DNA of 64,000 nucleotides from an uncultured Kiritimatiellota bacterium. GTDB taxonomy: Bacteria > Verrucomicrobiota > Kiritimatiellia > RFP12 > UBA1067. Positions within the stretch are counted from its first letter, which is position 1, and every line of letters starts with the position of its first letter. A model generated the notes under the pieces. That model was not told the origin of the DNA. It worked only from the letters and a program-made list of their open reading frames with translations, and did no database searches. The position numbers and the translations under genes are program-made. The DNA is taken from NCBI GenBank assembly GCA_934643865.1, contig CAKUCX010000008.1, positions 2,125 to 66,124 of the forward strand, read 5' to 3'. This document shows positions 45,839-62,312 of this stretch, in pieces.

Positions 45839-46960
45839 CTAGCGGATCTTGACGAGGAGGATGAGGATGATCGGCATCAGGAACGCCTGCACGAGGACGA
45901 AGCGCATGAGGACCTGCGCGTTCGACCACTTCAGCTCCCGCTTGCAGTGGTCGTGGAGCGGAAAGCGGACGCTCTGGACGAGCTTGACGAGGGGGTTGCG
46001 CCGCGCGCGCTCCTCCGGCGCCAGCATCGACGGCGGACGCACGTCCAGCCCGCAGCGGCGGAAGAGGCGCAGGAGGAGGATCTTCACAAGCCCGCCCCCG
46101 CCGTTCACGAGGACGACGGGCGCGAACGCGAAGAGGAGCAGCGGGTTGCCCGTCACAAGCACGCCCGCCCCGAGGAGGAGGCCGAGGAAGCGCGAGCCCG
46201 CGTCGCCCATGAGGACCTTCGACGGCTCGGCGTTCCACCACAGGTAGCCCGCGAAGCCGCCCGAAACCGTCAGGAGGAGGACGGCCCAGCGCACGGCGAG
46301 GTAGTTGTGGGGGACGCGCAGGTAGTCGGCCATCGGGCGGTAGCCGACGAGGCCGTAGAGGAAGACGGCGAGCGCAACGAGGGAAATGACCGTCAGCGAC
46401 CCCGCGAGGCCGTCCACGCCGTCCGAGCAGTTCGTCGCGTTCATGACGACGAAGAGGACGAAGGCCGCCGCCGGGACGTATGCCCACCAGGGGAGCGTCC
46501 AGACGCGCATCGTGAACGGCAGCCAGACGCGGCCCTCCAGCGCCGACCAGACGAAGAGGGCGACGCCGAGGCAGACGACGGCGTCCAAAAGCCCCTTCCG
46601 GAGCTGGCCCCACGGCTCGACGGCGCGGTCGTCGAGGTAGCCGAAGGCCATCGCGACGTAGAGGCAGAAGATCATGCCGAGCGCGGGCGCCGAAAGCGGC
46701 ACCACGAGGAGGACGACCGGCAGGACGAGGAGCGTGACCCACAGGCCCGTGCCCGTCGGCTTGCCGACGGAGGCCATGCCGTCCCGGCCGAGGACGGCCT
46801 TGCCGTGGTCGCGCGGCGAGAAGCGCCACAGCCTCGGCAGCAGAAAGGCGACGGCGAACGCCGCGAGGAGCGTCCCCGCCGCGGCGAGCAGAACATGGGA
46901 GCGCAGAAGCCGAAACGGCCCCCACGCCGCTTCAAGGAAAGGGGCGAGATGGTAGAGCAT
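45839..46960 (-). CDS. mraY: divergent MraY-like polyprenyl-phosphate sugar-phosphate transferase (phospho-N-acetylmuramoyl-pentapeptide transferase family)
   Basis: It is polytopic. NATNCSDGVDGLAG (compare NxxNxTDGLDGLA), MGDAGSRFLG and a C-terminal RFPLHDH...KWSNAQVLMRF (compare PLHHHFE..GW) are present. Confidence 0.7.
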   Translation of the reverse strand: MLYHLAPFLEAAWGPFRLLRSHVLLAAAGTLLAAFAVAFLLPRLWRFSPRDHGKAVLGRDGMASVGKPTGTGLWVTLLVLPVVLLVVPLSAPALGMIFCLYVAMAFGYLDDRAVEPWGQLRKGLLDAVVCLGVALFVWSALEGRVWLPFTMRVWTLPWWAYVPAAAFVLFVVMNATNCSDGVDGLAGSLTVISLVALAVFLYGLVGYRPMADYLRVPHNYLAVRWAVLLLTVSGGFAGYLWWNAEPSKVLMGDAGSRFLGLLLGAGVLVTGNPLLLFAFAPVVLVNGGGGLVKILLLRLFRRCGLDVRPPSMLAPEERARRNPLVKLVQSVRFPLHDHCKRELKWSNAQVLMRFVLVQAFLMPIILILLVKIR

Positions 46961-46983
46961 GGCTGAACATTCCTAAAGCGCAC

Positions 46984-46992
46984 AGTATACCA
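46984..46992 (-). promoter_or_regulatory. extended -10 box TGGTATACT for the mraY-like operon
   Basis: The reverse complement of agtatacca lies 24 nt upstream of ATG 46960. Confidence 0.6.
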
Positions 46993-47041
46993 CATGCGCG
47001 CCGCGCCGGGGCGGGCGGGCCGCCGCGCGCGCGTCGGCGCC

Positions 47042-49525
47042 TCACCGAACGAGGAGGAGCGTGCCGCCGGGCACGTAGACGAGGAGAAGCGCCTTCGCGT
47101 CGGCGGAGCGCGCGACCCTGAAATGCCCGGCGGCCTCGCCCGCCACCTTCGGCGCGCCCGTGATGCCGCCCGCCGCCGTCGCGAGGACGGCGCCCGACGG
47201 CCGGAGCGCCTTCATGTCGCCCTCCAGTTCAAGCGCGGCGCCCTCGCCAAAGACCAGCGCGCCGTCGGTCGCGAAGGCGCGCCCCGCCGCGAGATCCGCC
47301 GCGCGCGCGACGAGGCGCGCCGTCACCGTCACGCCCGCCTCGGCGAGCCACGCGCTCGCCACGTTGACCGCAGGGCATCCAACGAGCTCCTGCACGACGA
47401 GCGTGCGGCTCGGCGCCGCGAAGACGGCACCCGCCGTGCCGCTGAGGCGCTCCAGGCGGCGCACCGTCTTCGCCTCCTTCAGGGCCGCGTGGGCCGCCGT
47501 GCCCGGAATCGTCAGCGTGAAGAGCGGCGCGTCGCCCGTGTTCTCCAGGCGCGCGTAGTCGCCGGGATCGCGCGTGCCGCGCCCCAGGCGGTCGTAGACG
47601 AGCCCGCACTTCGCCTTGTCCGTCCACGTCGGGGCAGCCACCTTCGGCACCGACATGGCCGGCCCGACCTTTCGCCCCGACACGCCGATGCGCCACCAGA
47701 ACGGGTTGGGGCCGGGCGTCAGCACGGCGTTGCCGAAGCAAATGTCGTCGCTCGCCCCCGTGGACTGCCGCCCGTAGACGCTCTTCCCGTTGATCCAGAG
47801 GGTCGAGACCGTCGTCTCGGAGGCGGCGAACGTCCACGTCACGTTCGTGGCGTCGTGGTTCCAGACGTAGCCCTGATAGCAGAAGGTGTAGCCGTTCGCC
47901 GTCACGACCTCACCGAACTCATTCGTCGCCATCTCCTTCAGCTCGGCCGTCTCGTAGGCGAAGCGGACGGACGCCGTCACCCCGTTCGTCTGGCAGTTGT
48001 CGGCGTTGTCGCAGTGGAGGTTCGCGCGAACGGCGAGCAATTCCGGGCTCGCGCCTTCCTTGTGCCAGTAGGCATACGCCTTGTGGCCCTCGTAGAGGCC
48101 GCTGTTGAAGTTCCGGTCCGGCTCTTCAAGCGCCGCCGTGCCGGCCTCAAGGTCGAGCGCCGTGAAATCCGGCGCGTCCATCGAACACGTCAGCGTCGCG
48201 CCCGCCTTCTTGAGGACGCCGGCCCACGCGCCGGCGCAGTCGCCGACCGAGACGCTCCCCGTCACCTCCAGCTTCGGCAGGCGCCAGGCGTCCCCAAGGC
48301 GATCCTGGCCTTCTGAAAATGCGAGCGCGGCGTCGTGGGCGGAGAAGACGCCCGTTCCCATCGCGGCGGGCAGCGCGCCGTCCGCCATCGCCTTCAGGAC
48401 GACGTTCGAGACGGCCAGCCCCTTGTCAAAGACGTTCGAGGGCGCGTGCAGCTCGATGGTCGGCGCGTGCGCGACGGCCATGTTGTTCCAGCAGATGGCG
48501 AGCGTGTCCCGCGCCGTGACCGGCCCCCGCAGGATCGTCACGTTCTCGTTGGGCGGCGCCTGCGCCCCGTTGCCCTGCCCGCACGCGCCGATGGCGGCGC
48601 GCCCCTCGAAGAGCAGCGGCCCGTCCCATGTGCCGCCGTAGCTCGTCGTCGTAAAGGGCCACTTCAGGCCGTTCGTCTCCAGAACCCGCACCGTCCAGGG
48701 CTTCGCGCCCACGCCCGTGCTCTCGTAGAGGTCGAGGGAGGCGCCGTCCCGCAGCGTGACGGTGTTCGACGCATCGCCTCCGAGCTTCGCGTAGTTGTTC
48801 ATCGTCGCCCGCGCGCGAGAAATGACGAAATGCCCCGGATTCGTGACGACCGTTCGGATGCAGAAGGCGCCAGCGCCGTCCGTGTCGCAGAACGTCAGCG
48901 TGTGCCCGTTCATGTCGAGGGAGTTGTTCGCGTTGTTGCAGGGGAAGTCCTGGTAGGTGCCCACCTGGACGATCTTCGCGTCGCCCGTCATCGTGAGCCG
49001 CGTGCCGCCCCACACGCCGTTGCGCTCCTTCCGCTCCGGGGTACGCGCGACGAGGGCGCCCATGCCGCCGACGCCCGCGCCGGCGAAGGCCAGCCGCTCG
49101 CCCGCGAAATCGAGCCTGTCGTCGGCCGTCGCGTCGAGGCATTCCGTCTCCAGCGTCGCGCCGTCGGCGACGAACGTGCCGTGATCCGTGTCGCCCAAGG
49201 CGCCCAGGGCGGTCAGGCGCAGGACCGCGCCCGCCGCCACGTGGACCTCGCCCGTGTAGCCGGCGGACTTGAGGTCGACGTCGATCTCAAGCCGCCCGCC
49301 CCCGGCGACGCGCAAATCCGCCGCCGCGTGGAGGCCGGCGCGCGTCGGCGTCTCGCCCGCCACGCTGCTCGTCACGTAGCCCTGCGCGAAGGCCTCGTCC
49401 AGCGTGTTCGTCGCCCCGTCCGGCAGCGTGACCGTGTAGACGGACGCCCCGGCGGCCGCGCCCGCGACCAAGATGCCCGCGAGGGCGCAACGCCGCCCTT
49501 GCGTGCCAAGAAACCAACGCTCCAT
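47042..49525 (-). CDS. large secreted PATR/beta-helix surface protein with a PA14-like region, 827 aa
   Basis: Signal peptide-like MERWFLGTQGRRCALAGILVAGAAAGA. Beta-helix/PATR-like repeats are present. The protein ends ...VPGGTLLLVR. Confidence 0.75.
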   Translation of the reverse strand: MERWFLGTQGRRCALAGILVAGAAAGASVYTVTLPDGATNTLDEAFAQGYVTSSVAGETPTRAGLHAAADLRVAGGGRLEIDVDLKSAGYTGEVHVAAGAVLRLTALGALGDTDHGTFVADGATLETECLDATADDRLDFAGERLAFAGAGVGGMGALVARTPERKERNGVWGGTRLTMTGDAKIVQVGTYQDFPCNNANNSLDMNGHTLTFCDTDGAGAFCIRTVVTNPGHFVISRARATMNNYAKLGGDASNTVTLRDGASLDLYESTGVGAKPWTVRVLETNGLKWPFTTTSYGGTWDGPLLFEGRAAIGACGQGNGAQAPPNENVTILRGPVTARDTLAICWNNMAVAHAPTIELHAPSNVFDKGLAVSNVVLKAMADGALPAAMGTGVFSAHDAALAFSEGQDRLGDAWRLPKLEVTGSVSVGDCAGAWAGVLKKAGATLTCSMDAPDFTALDLEAGTAALEEPDRNFNSGLYEGHKAYAYWHKEGASPELLAVRANLHCDNADNCQTNGVTASVRFAYETAELKEMATNEFGEVVTANGYTFCYQGYVWNHDATNVTWTFAASETTVSTLWINGKSVYGRQSTGASDDICFGNAVLTPGPNPFWWRIGVSGRKVGPAMSVPKVAAPTWTDKAKCGLVYDRLGRGTRDPGDYARLENTGDAPLFTLTIPGTAAHAALKEAKTVRRLERLSGTAGAVFAAPSRTLVVQELVGCPAVNVASAWLAEAGVTVTARLVARAADLAAGRAFATDGALVFGEGAALELEGDMKALRPSGAVLATAAGGITGAPKVAGEAAGHFRVARSADAKALLLVYVPGGTLLLVR
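48972..49008 (-). repeat. internal (coding) copy of a 37-nt duplicated segment
   Basis: atcttcgcgtcgcccgtcatcgtgaGccgcgtgccgc encodes ..TRLTMTGDAKIV.. within CDS 47042..49525. Confidence 0.9.
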
Positions 49526-49567
49526 CTCCGCTCCTCCTCTCCAAACGACACGACCGACTCAAAAAGC

Positions 49568-49576
49568 AGTCTAGCA
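49568..49576 (-). promoter_or_regulatory. extended -10-like box TGCTAGACT
   Basis: The reverse complement of agtctagca lies 43 nt upstream of ATG 49525. Confidence 0.45.
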
Positions 49577-49603
49577 AAGCCCGCGCGCCCTGTCCAGCGC
49601 GAA

Positions 49604-49623
49604 GCGCCCTTTGCGAAGGGCGC
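49604..49623 (-). terminator. 8-bp GC-rich hairpin with tetraloop downstream of queA
   Basis: gcgccctt-tgcg-aagggcgc is a perfect palindrome about 65 nt after the queA stop. The U-tract is poor. Confidence 0.25.
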
Positions 49624-49629
49624 GGAACA

Positions 49630-49666
49630 ATCTTCGCGTCGCCCGTCATCGTGAACCGCGTGCCGC
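49630..49666 (-). repeat. intergenic copy of the 37-nt segment (36/37 identical to 48972-49008)
   Basis: atcttcgcgtcgcccgtcatcgtgaAccgcgtgccgc lies in direct orientation, between the queA stop and the promoter of gene 47042..49525. Confidence 0.9.
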
Positions 49667-49686
49667 GCTGCGGGCGGCGACGGGCC

Positions 49687-50790
49687 CTACACGATCAGCA
49701 TGCAGTCGCCGTAGGAGAAGAAGCGGTAGTTGGCGCGGACGGCGAGGGCGTAGGCGCAGAGCATCCGTTCGCGGCCCGCGAGGGCGCTCGTCATCATGAG
49801 GAGCGTGGACTGCGGCAGATGGAAGTTCGTGAGCAGGCAGTCGCACACCCTGAACCTGTAGGGCGGGAAGATGAAGATGTTGCTCGCGCCGCTGCCGCCC
49901 ACGACGAGCGGATCGCCGGGGGCCTTCTCGCGCGCAGCCACGGTCTCCAGCGTCCGCACGCTCGTGGAGCCGACGCAGAAGACGCGCCCGCCACGGGCCT
50001 TGCAGGCGTTGATGGCGTCCGCCGTCTCGGGGGGCACGCTGAACGCCTCGAAGTCCATCTCGTGGTCCTCGATGTTCTCCGCCTTGACGGGACGGAAGGT
50101 GCCGGGGCCCACATGGAGGGTGACGGCGACGCGCCGGACGCCCTTCGCGTCGAGCGCGGCGAAGATCTCGGGGGTGAAGTGGAGGCCCGCCGTGGGGGCC
50201 GCCACGCTGCCGAGGTGCTTCGCGTAGATGGTCTGGTAGCGCGCGCGGTCGGCCATCTCCTCCTCGCGCGTGCCCGCGCGGTGGACGTAGGGCGGCACGG
50301 GCGTGCGGCCGAATGCGTCGAGGAGCGCGTTCAATGGACGCGCCGAGACGAACGCGCACGTCCACATGCCGCCGCCGACCTTCTTCACGAGTTCGACGCG
50401 CAGCTCGCGGTTCGGCCCGAACACGGCGACCTGCCCCACGCGCGCGGGGCGCCCGGAGCCGACCATCACGCGCCAGGAGAGGACCTCGCCCGCGCGATCG
50501 CCGCGCGCCTCCAGGGAGTCCGCATCCGTCGCGGGCGAGACCATCAGCACCTCCACCGCGCCCGGCGAATCGCTCCACGTGCCGACGAGGCGCGCGGGAA
50601 ACACCTTCGTGTCGTTCACCACGAGGAGGTCGTTCGCCGTGATGTACGCGGGGAAGTCGGCCACCGTGCGATGCTCCACCACGCCCGTGTCGCGGTGCAG
50701 CACCATCATGCGGTCATCGCCCCGCCGCGCGGAGGGGTGCTGGGCGATGAGCCGCGTGGGGAGGGGGTACCAGAACTGCCGGGTCTTCAT
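49687..50790 (-). CDS. queA: S-adenosylmethionine:tRNA ribosyltransferase-isomerase
   Basis: It reads MKTRQFWYPLPTRLIAQHP...VNDTKVFPARL...GGRVFCVGSTSVRTLE. The start is 3 nt after the rpoC stop. Confidence 0.95.
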   Translation of the reverse strand: MKTRQFWYPLPTRLIAQHPSARRGDDRMMVLHRDTGVVEHRTVADFPAYITANDLLVVNDTKVFPARLVGTWSDSPGAVEVLMVSPATDADSLEARGDRAGEVLSWRVMVGSGRPARVGQVAVFGPNRELRVELVKKVGGGMWTCAFVSARPLNALLDAFGRTPVPPYVHRAGTREEEMADRARYQTIYAKHLGSVAAPTAGLHFTPEIFAALDAKGVRRVAVTLHVGPGTFRPVKAENIEDHEMDFEAFSVPPETADAINACKARGGRVFCVGSTSVRTLETVAAREKAPGDPLVVGGSGASNIFIFPPYRFRVCDCLLTNFHLPQSTLLMMTSALAGRERMLCAYALAVRANYRFFSYGDCMLIV

Positions 50791-50793
50791 CCC

Positions 50794-55179
<4,386 letters not shown>

Positions 55180-55203
55180 TCCAGTGTTCTCCTGTTCGCG
55201 AAA

Positions 55204-59127
<3,924 letters not shown>

Positions 59128-59260
59128 GGCTTACCTTTCAGTTGTGCGTCTGCACGGAAGTGAATCAAAACGGACGGATGCGGAAATCAGCGGTTTCGCC
59201 GCGAATGAAGTGTGGTAAGCGACCACTTTGTTAACTGTTTCGGCGGTGAAGCAAGCGAAT

Positions 59261-59269
59261 AGTATAGCA
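59261..59269 (-). promoter_or_regulatory. extended -10 box TGCTATACT for rpoBC(-queA)
   Basis: The reverse complement of agtatagca lies 134 nt upstream of rpoB ATG 59127. An AT-rich tandem aaatgaag x2 (59296-59311) sits at a UP-element-like distance. Confidence 0.6.
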
Positions 59270-59336
59270 CATCCCTTCGCTGGAAGATAGGGCGAAAATG
59301 AAGAAATGAAGAAATCGGCAAGCCGCCGCCGCGCGC

Positions 59337-60932
59337 CTATTCCGCAATCTCCAGGACGACGTGGGGCGTCGCCGTGGGCGGCGCCTTCTCAAGTACCGCC
59401 CCCGGAATGACGAGCGCCCCCTTCGCGTCGCGCGCGCAGAGCGCCGTCACATCGCGGCGCGTCCCCTCCTCCAGCAGAGACCGCGCCCAGATGCGCGCGC
59501 CGACGGGCACGCCGCCCGTCAGCGTGACCGAGCGGAACGTTCCGAAGAGCCCGAGCGGCCGCCCCGGCTCGAGCGCCGTGTCGAGCGCGACGTCGGCGGG
59601 GCAGACGACGGAACGCCGCCCGTCCAGGACGCGCGGCAGGAACGCAAGCGCCACGGCGCCGTTGGGGTAGCGCGCGCCGCACACGAACGGCCGGGGGCCG
59701 TCCGCGCGGACGGCGGGCAGGGGCAGCCCCCGCGTCACGACGGCGGGCGCGCGCTGGACAACCGTCTTCCGCGCGGCGGCGGCATACCAGGAACAGTCGT
59801 TCGTCGAATACGTCCAGCGGTCCTCCAGAACCTCCGCGCTCGTGCGCGTCACCGCCTCCGTGCCGTGGCCGAACGGCGCGGCCAGCTTCTGCCAGGCAAG
59901 CGCCGTGTAGACGTCGTTCGTGCGGCGCACGCCGCGCCACCAGTCCGTCGACATCGCGCCCAGGACGTGCCCCAGCCCCACGGCGATGAGCGGCTCGTCC
60001 TCGACGTTGAGGAGGACCGGCAGCTTCGCCGCCTCGGCGATCGGCGAATAGTACGCGCAGCGCTCCAGCGTCGTCACATGGTCGAAGGGGCCGATGACGT
60101 CGTAGGTGCGGAAGACGTCCGAGGCCGCGAGGACCTCCGCCACCTCCCCGCGCCGACCCTCCCAGAGCGGATCCCCGACGAAGCGGCCCGTCCCCGTGAC
60201 GGAGCCCGTCTCCTTGTCAATGGAAAGGCCGTTGAGCGGCCCGCCGGGGAGCCGGCAGTGCTCCAGCCGCAGACCGGGGTAAACGCGGTCGCGCACCTCG
60301 GTGACGAGGCGGCGGAAGGCCGGCTCGCCCGCACCATTGCGGAAGCCCCAGTCGATCTTCCAGTAGTCGACGCCCGCCTCCCGGCAGATCGCCATCCGCT
60401 CGGCGAGCACGCGGCGCGCCGCCTCGTCCGCGAGCCGCCCCTTCGCCCCCGGCATGTCGCCGTGGACGTGGCAGGGCACCCACACGGCAAGCCCCAGCCA
60501 GCCGCGCGCCTTGACGGCGTCGCTGAACGCCTTCAGGCGCCCGGCCGGCGTCCCGCGAAACGACGGGAAGCGCTTCGCGTCCGGCACAAGCGAACCGCGC
60601 AGCGAGAGGTCGGGGCCCGCGCTCGCCGTTCCCTCCGGGATGTCCCACCCCGCGTCCACGAGCAGATACAGCCCCGCGCGGACCTGCGGGTACATCACGT
60701 TCGCCCAGCCCGTCCCGTCGAACAGGACGCGCTCGTTGAGGTTGTCGCGCTGACTCTGCGTCCCCGCGTCGATCGGGCAGCGGATCTTCCCCGCCTTGAG
60801 GTTGTCCGCCAGCGTCGCGCCCTGCGTCGCCCACGTACACCAGTAGTTGGGAACCGGCCGAAGCTCCGTCGCACCCCCCATCCAAGTTGCCATGAACACG
60901 GCCACCACAACTGTCATTGCCTTGATTTGCAT
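59337..60932 (-). CDS. secreted alpha-galactosidase-like (clan GH-D, GH27/36-like) glycoside hydrolase
   Basis: Start reset to ATG 60932 (MQIKAMTVVVAVFMATWMGG). ...YWCTWATQG...LYLLVDAGWD... and ...GVDYWKIDWG... resemble melibiase-type barrels. The family assignment is tentative. Confidence 0.6.
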   Translation of the reverse strand: MQIKAMTVVVAVFMATWMGGATELRPVPNYWCTWATQGATLADNLKAGKIRCPIDAGTQSQRDNLNERVLFDGTGWANVMYPQVRAGLYLLVDAGWDIPEGTASAGPDLSLRGSLVPDAKRFPSFRGTPAGRLKAFSDAVKARGWLGLAVWVPCHVHGDMPGAKGRLADEAARRVLAERMAICREAGVDYWKIDWGFRNGAGEPAFRRLVTEVRDRVYPGLRLEHCRLPGGPLNGLSIDKETGSVTGTGRFVGDPLWEGRRGEVAEVLAASDVFRTYDVIGPFDHVTTLERCAYYSPIAEAAKLPVLLNVEDEPLIAVGLGHVLGAMSTDWWRGVRRTNDVYTALAWQKLAAPFGHGTEAVTRTSAEVLEDRWTYSTNDCSWYAAAARKTVVQRAPAVVTRGLPLPAVRADGPRPFVCGARYPNGAVALAFLPRVLDGRRSVVCPADVALDTALEPGRPLGLFGTFRSVTLTGGVPVGARIWARSLLEEGTRRDVTALCARDAKGALVIPGAVLEKAPPTATPHVVLEIAE

Positions 60933-60938
60933 GCACGC

Positions 60939-60947
60939 AGTATAGCA
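60939..60947 (-). promoter_or_regulatory. extended -10 box TGCTATACT placed 7 nt from ATG 60932 (leaderless arrangement)
   Basis: This is the reverse complement of agtatagca. The canonical 7-nt distance from the hexamer puts the TSS on the A of the ATG. Confidence 0.5.
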
Positions 60948-60987
60948 AACCTCTCGCGGCCCGTACACAGCGAGGCACGGATACAGT

Positions 60988-61043
60988 GTCATGCGTCACT
61001 GAACAGCGAGGTATGGAAACTCCGCTGTTCAGTGACGCATGAC
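60988..61043. repeat. perfect 21-bp inverted repeat with a 14-nt loop
   Basis: gtcatgcgtcactgaacagcg (60988-61008) pairs with cgctgttcagtgacgcatgac (61023-61043) with no mismatch. It lies between divergent gene starts. Confidence 0.9.
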
Positions 61044-61142
61044 CATTTTCGGGGCATGTTCGGGATATTTTCGCCTGTTGCTTCTCGGGGAAGTCCCGGC
61101 CCCCATAGCGCGGCGGCGGCTCTTGTGGAGGCCAGGGCGGTG

Positions 61143-61151
61143 TGCTATACT
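61143..61151 (+). promoter_or_regulatory. extended -10 box TGCTATACT for the integrase-like gene
   Basis: It lies 46 nt upstream of ATG 61197. Confidence 0.55.
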
Positions 61152-61196
61152 GGCGTTAATCCGTGTCTTCCAAGGACGCACGGGAAATTGAAAACC

Positions 61197-62312
61197 ATGC
61201 CCGGAACGACATCTCCAGACACCCGCCCTTCCACGCGGATTCCGTTGACGCGGAGCCAGCTGAAGGCGGTTTTCGACGCCGCACGCCACGACGCCCTTCT
61301 CTACCCGCTTCTCGTCGCAGCCGCCTACACCGGCCTGCGCCTCGGCGATCTCTGCAACCTCAAATGGGCCGCCGTCGATCTTGCGGCGGGGCTCGTCACC
61401 GTTCCCGCCACGACCGCACGCCAGTTCGCCACGCTCCCCATCCTCCCCCCGCTTCGCGCCGTCCTCGAAGAACAGCGCGCCCGTTGCGACACGTCTCGCG
61501 TTTTCGTCTTCCCGGAAGCGGCCCGGCGCTACAACTACAAAAACGGCCATGGCATCCACTCGCTTCGCGGTACCCTTCTCGTCGGGGCGAAGGTCTTCAT
61601 CGGCCAGGCTCTCAACGCCCCGCCCCCTTCTGCCCGGCTGGATGCGGCGACATCCCTCCCGTCCCTCCCGGATGTCATGGCCCACATCCAGAAAGCACGG
61701 TTCGCCGCCGCCAAGGCCGCCCGCATGGCCACGACCTACCGCCTGTTCCTGGAAGGCCGCAGCTACGCCCAGATCGCCGCCGTCACGGGACGCGGCAAAG
61801 GACAGTGTTCGGAAGACCTGCACGCCGTCGAAACCCTCGTTGGACGCCGCCTCCGCCCCGGCCGTGTGCGCCATGCACGGAACGCCAGGGCTGCGGCCGA
61901 CCTCATCCAGCTGACGCGCCGCGCCTCCGGCGGCGCGTCCCGGCAGACGAGCCTCTACGGCTGGCGCTCCTTCCGCCCGGCGTTCTGCCTTCTGGCGCTG
62001 GAGGCGGGCATCCCCACCGGGACCATCGAGCAGGTCGTCGGCCGGGCGACGATGGCCCAGACCCTCAAGGACCTCCACGACGCAAAGGACGCCGACACGG
62101 CGGGCGGGTTCGCCTCGCGCGCCCTTGCGCTGGCGCGCGACGTGATCACGCCCAAACAGACGGCCCTCGTCAACGCCGTCCTCCACGCGGCGGGCATCGA
62201 GGCCGAGGAAGCCGACCCGAAGCGCGCGCTCTCCCTTCTCGGCACGGCGGTCGTCAACAAGACGCGCGCCCGCATCGCCGCCGCCCTCCGATCCGCCGGG
62301 ATCAAGACCTAA
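61197..62312 (+). CDS. tyrosine-recombinase (phage integrase family)-like protein, apparently degenerate, 371 aa
   Basis: Start reset to ATG 61197 (MPGTTSPD...); the upstream 612 ORF codons are antisense to the GH gene. A box I-like ...VAAAYTGLRLGDLCNLKWAAVDL..GLVTVP... is present. Box II-like elements are IHSLRG and ...YGWRSFRPAFCLLALEAGIP..IEQVVGRAT.... No Tyr follows these. Confidence 0.55.
   Translation: MPGTTSPDTRPSTRIPLTRSQLKAVFDAARHDALLYPLLVAAAYTGLRLGDLCNLKWAAVDLAAGLVTVPATTARQFATLPILPPLRAVLEEQRARCDTSRVFVFPEAARRYNYKNGHGIHSLRGTLLVGAKVFIGQALNAPPPSARLDAATSLPSLPDVMAHIQKARFAAAKAARMATTYRLFLEGRSYAQIAAVTGRGKGQCSEDLHAVETLVGRRLRPGRVRHARNARAAADLIQLTRRASGGASRQTSLYGWRSFRPAFCLLALEAGIPTGTIEQVVGRATMAQTLKDLHDAKDADTAGGFASRALALARDVITPKQTALVNAVLHAAGIEAEEADPKRALSLLGTAVVNKTRARIAAALRSAGIKT

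Noticed and set aside
46996-47041. GC-only quasi-palindrome between the mraY-like start and the surface-protein stop as a terminator
   Set aside because: The arms do not pair perfectly (gcgcgccgcgcc versus ggccgccgcgcgcgc), and I could not define a stable stem by eye. It is left unannotated.
59296-59315. Tandem aaatgaag x2.4 microrepeat
   Set aside because: It is too short to call a functional repeat. It is most simply the AT-rich UP-element-like region of the rpoB promoter and/or the U-rich tail after the upstream glycosidase gene.
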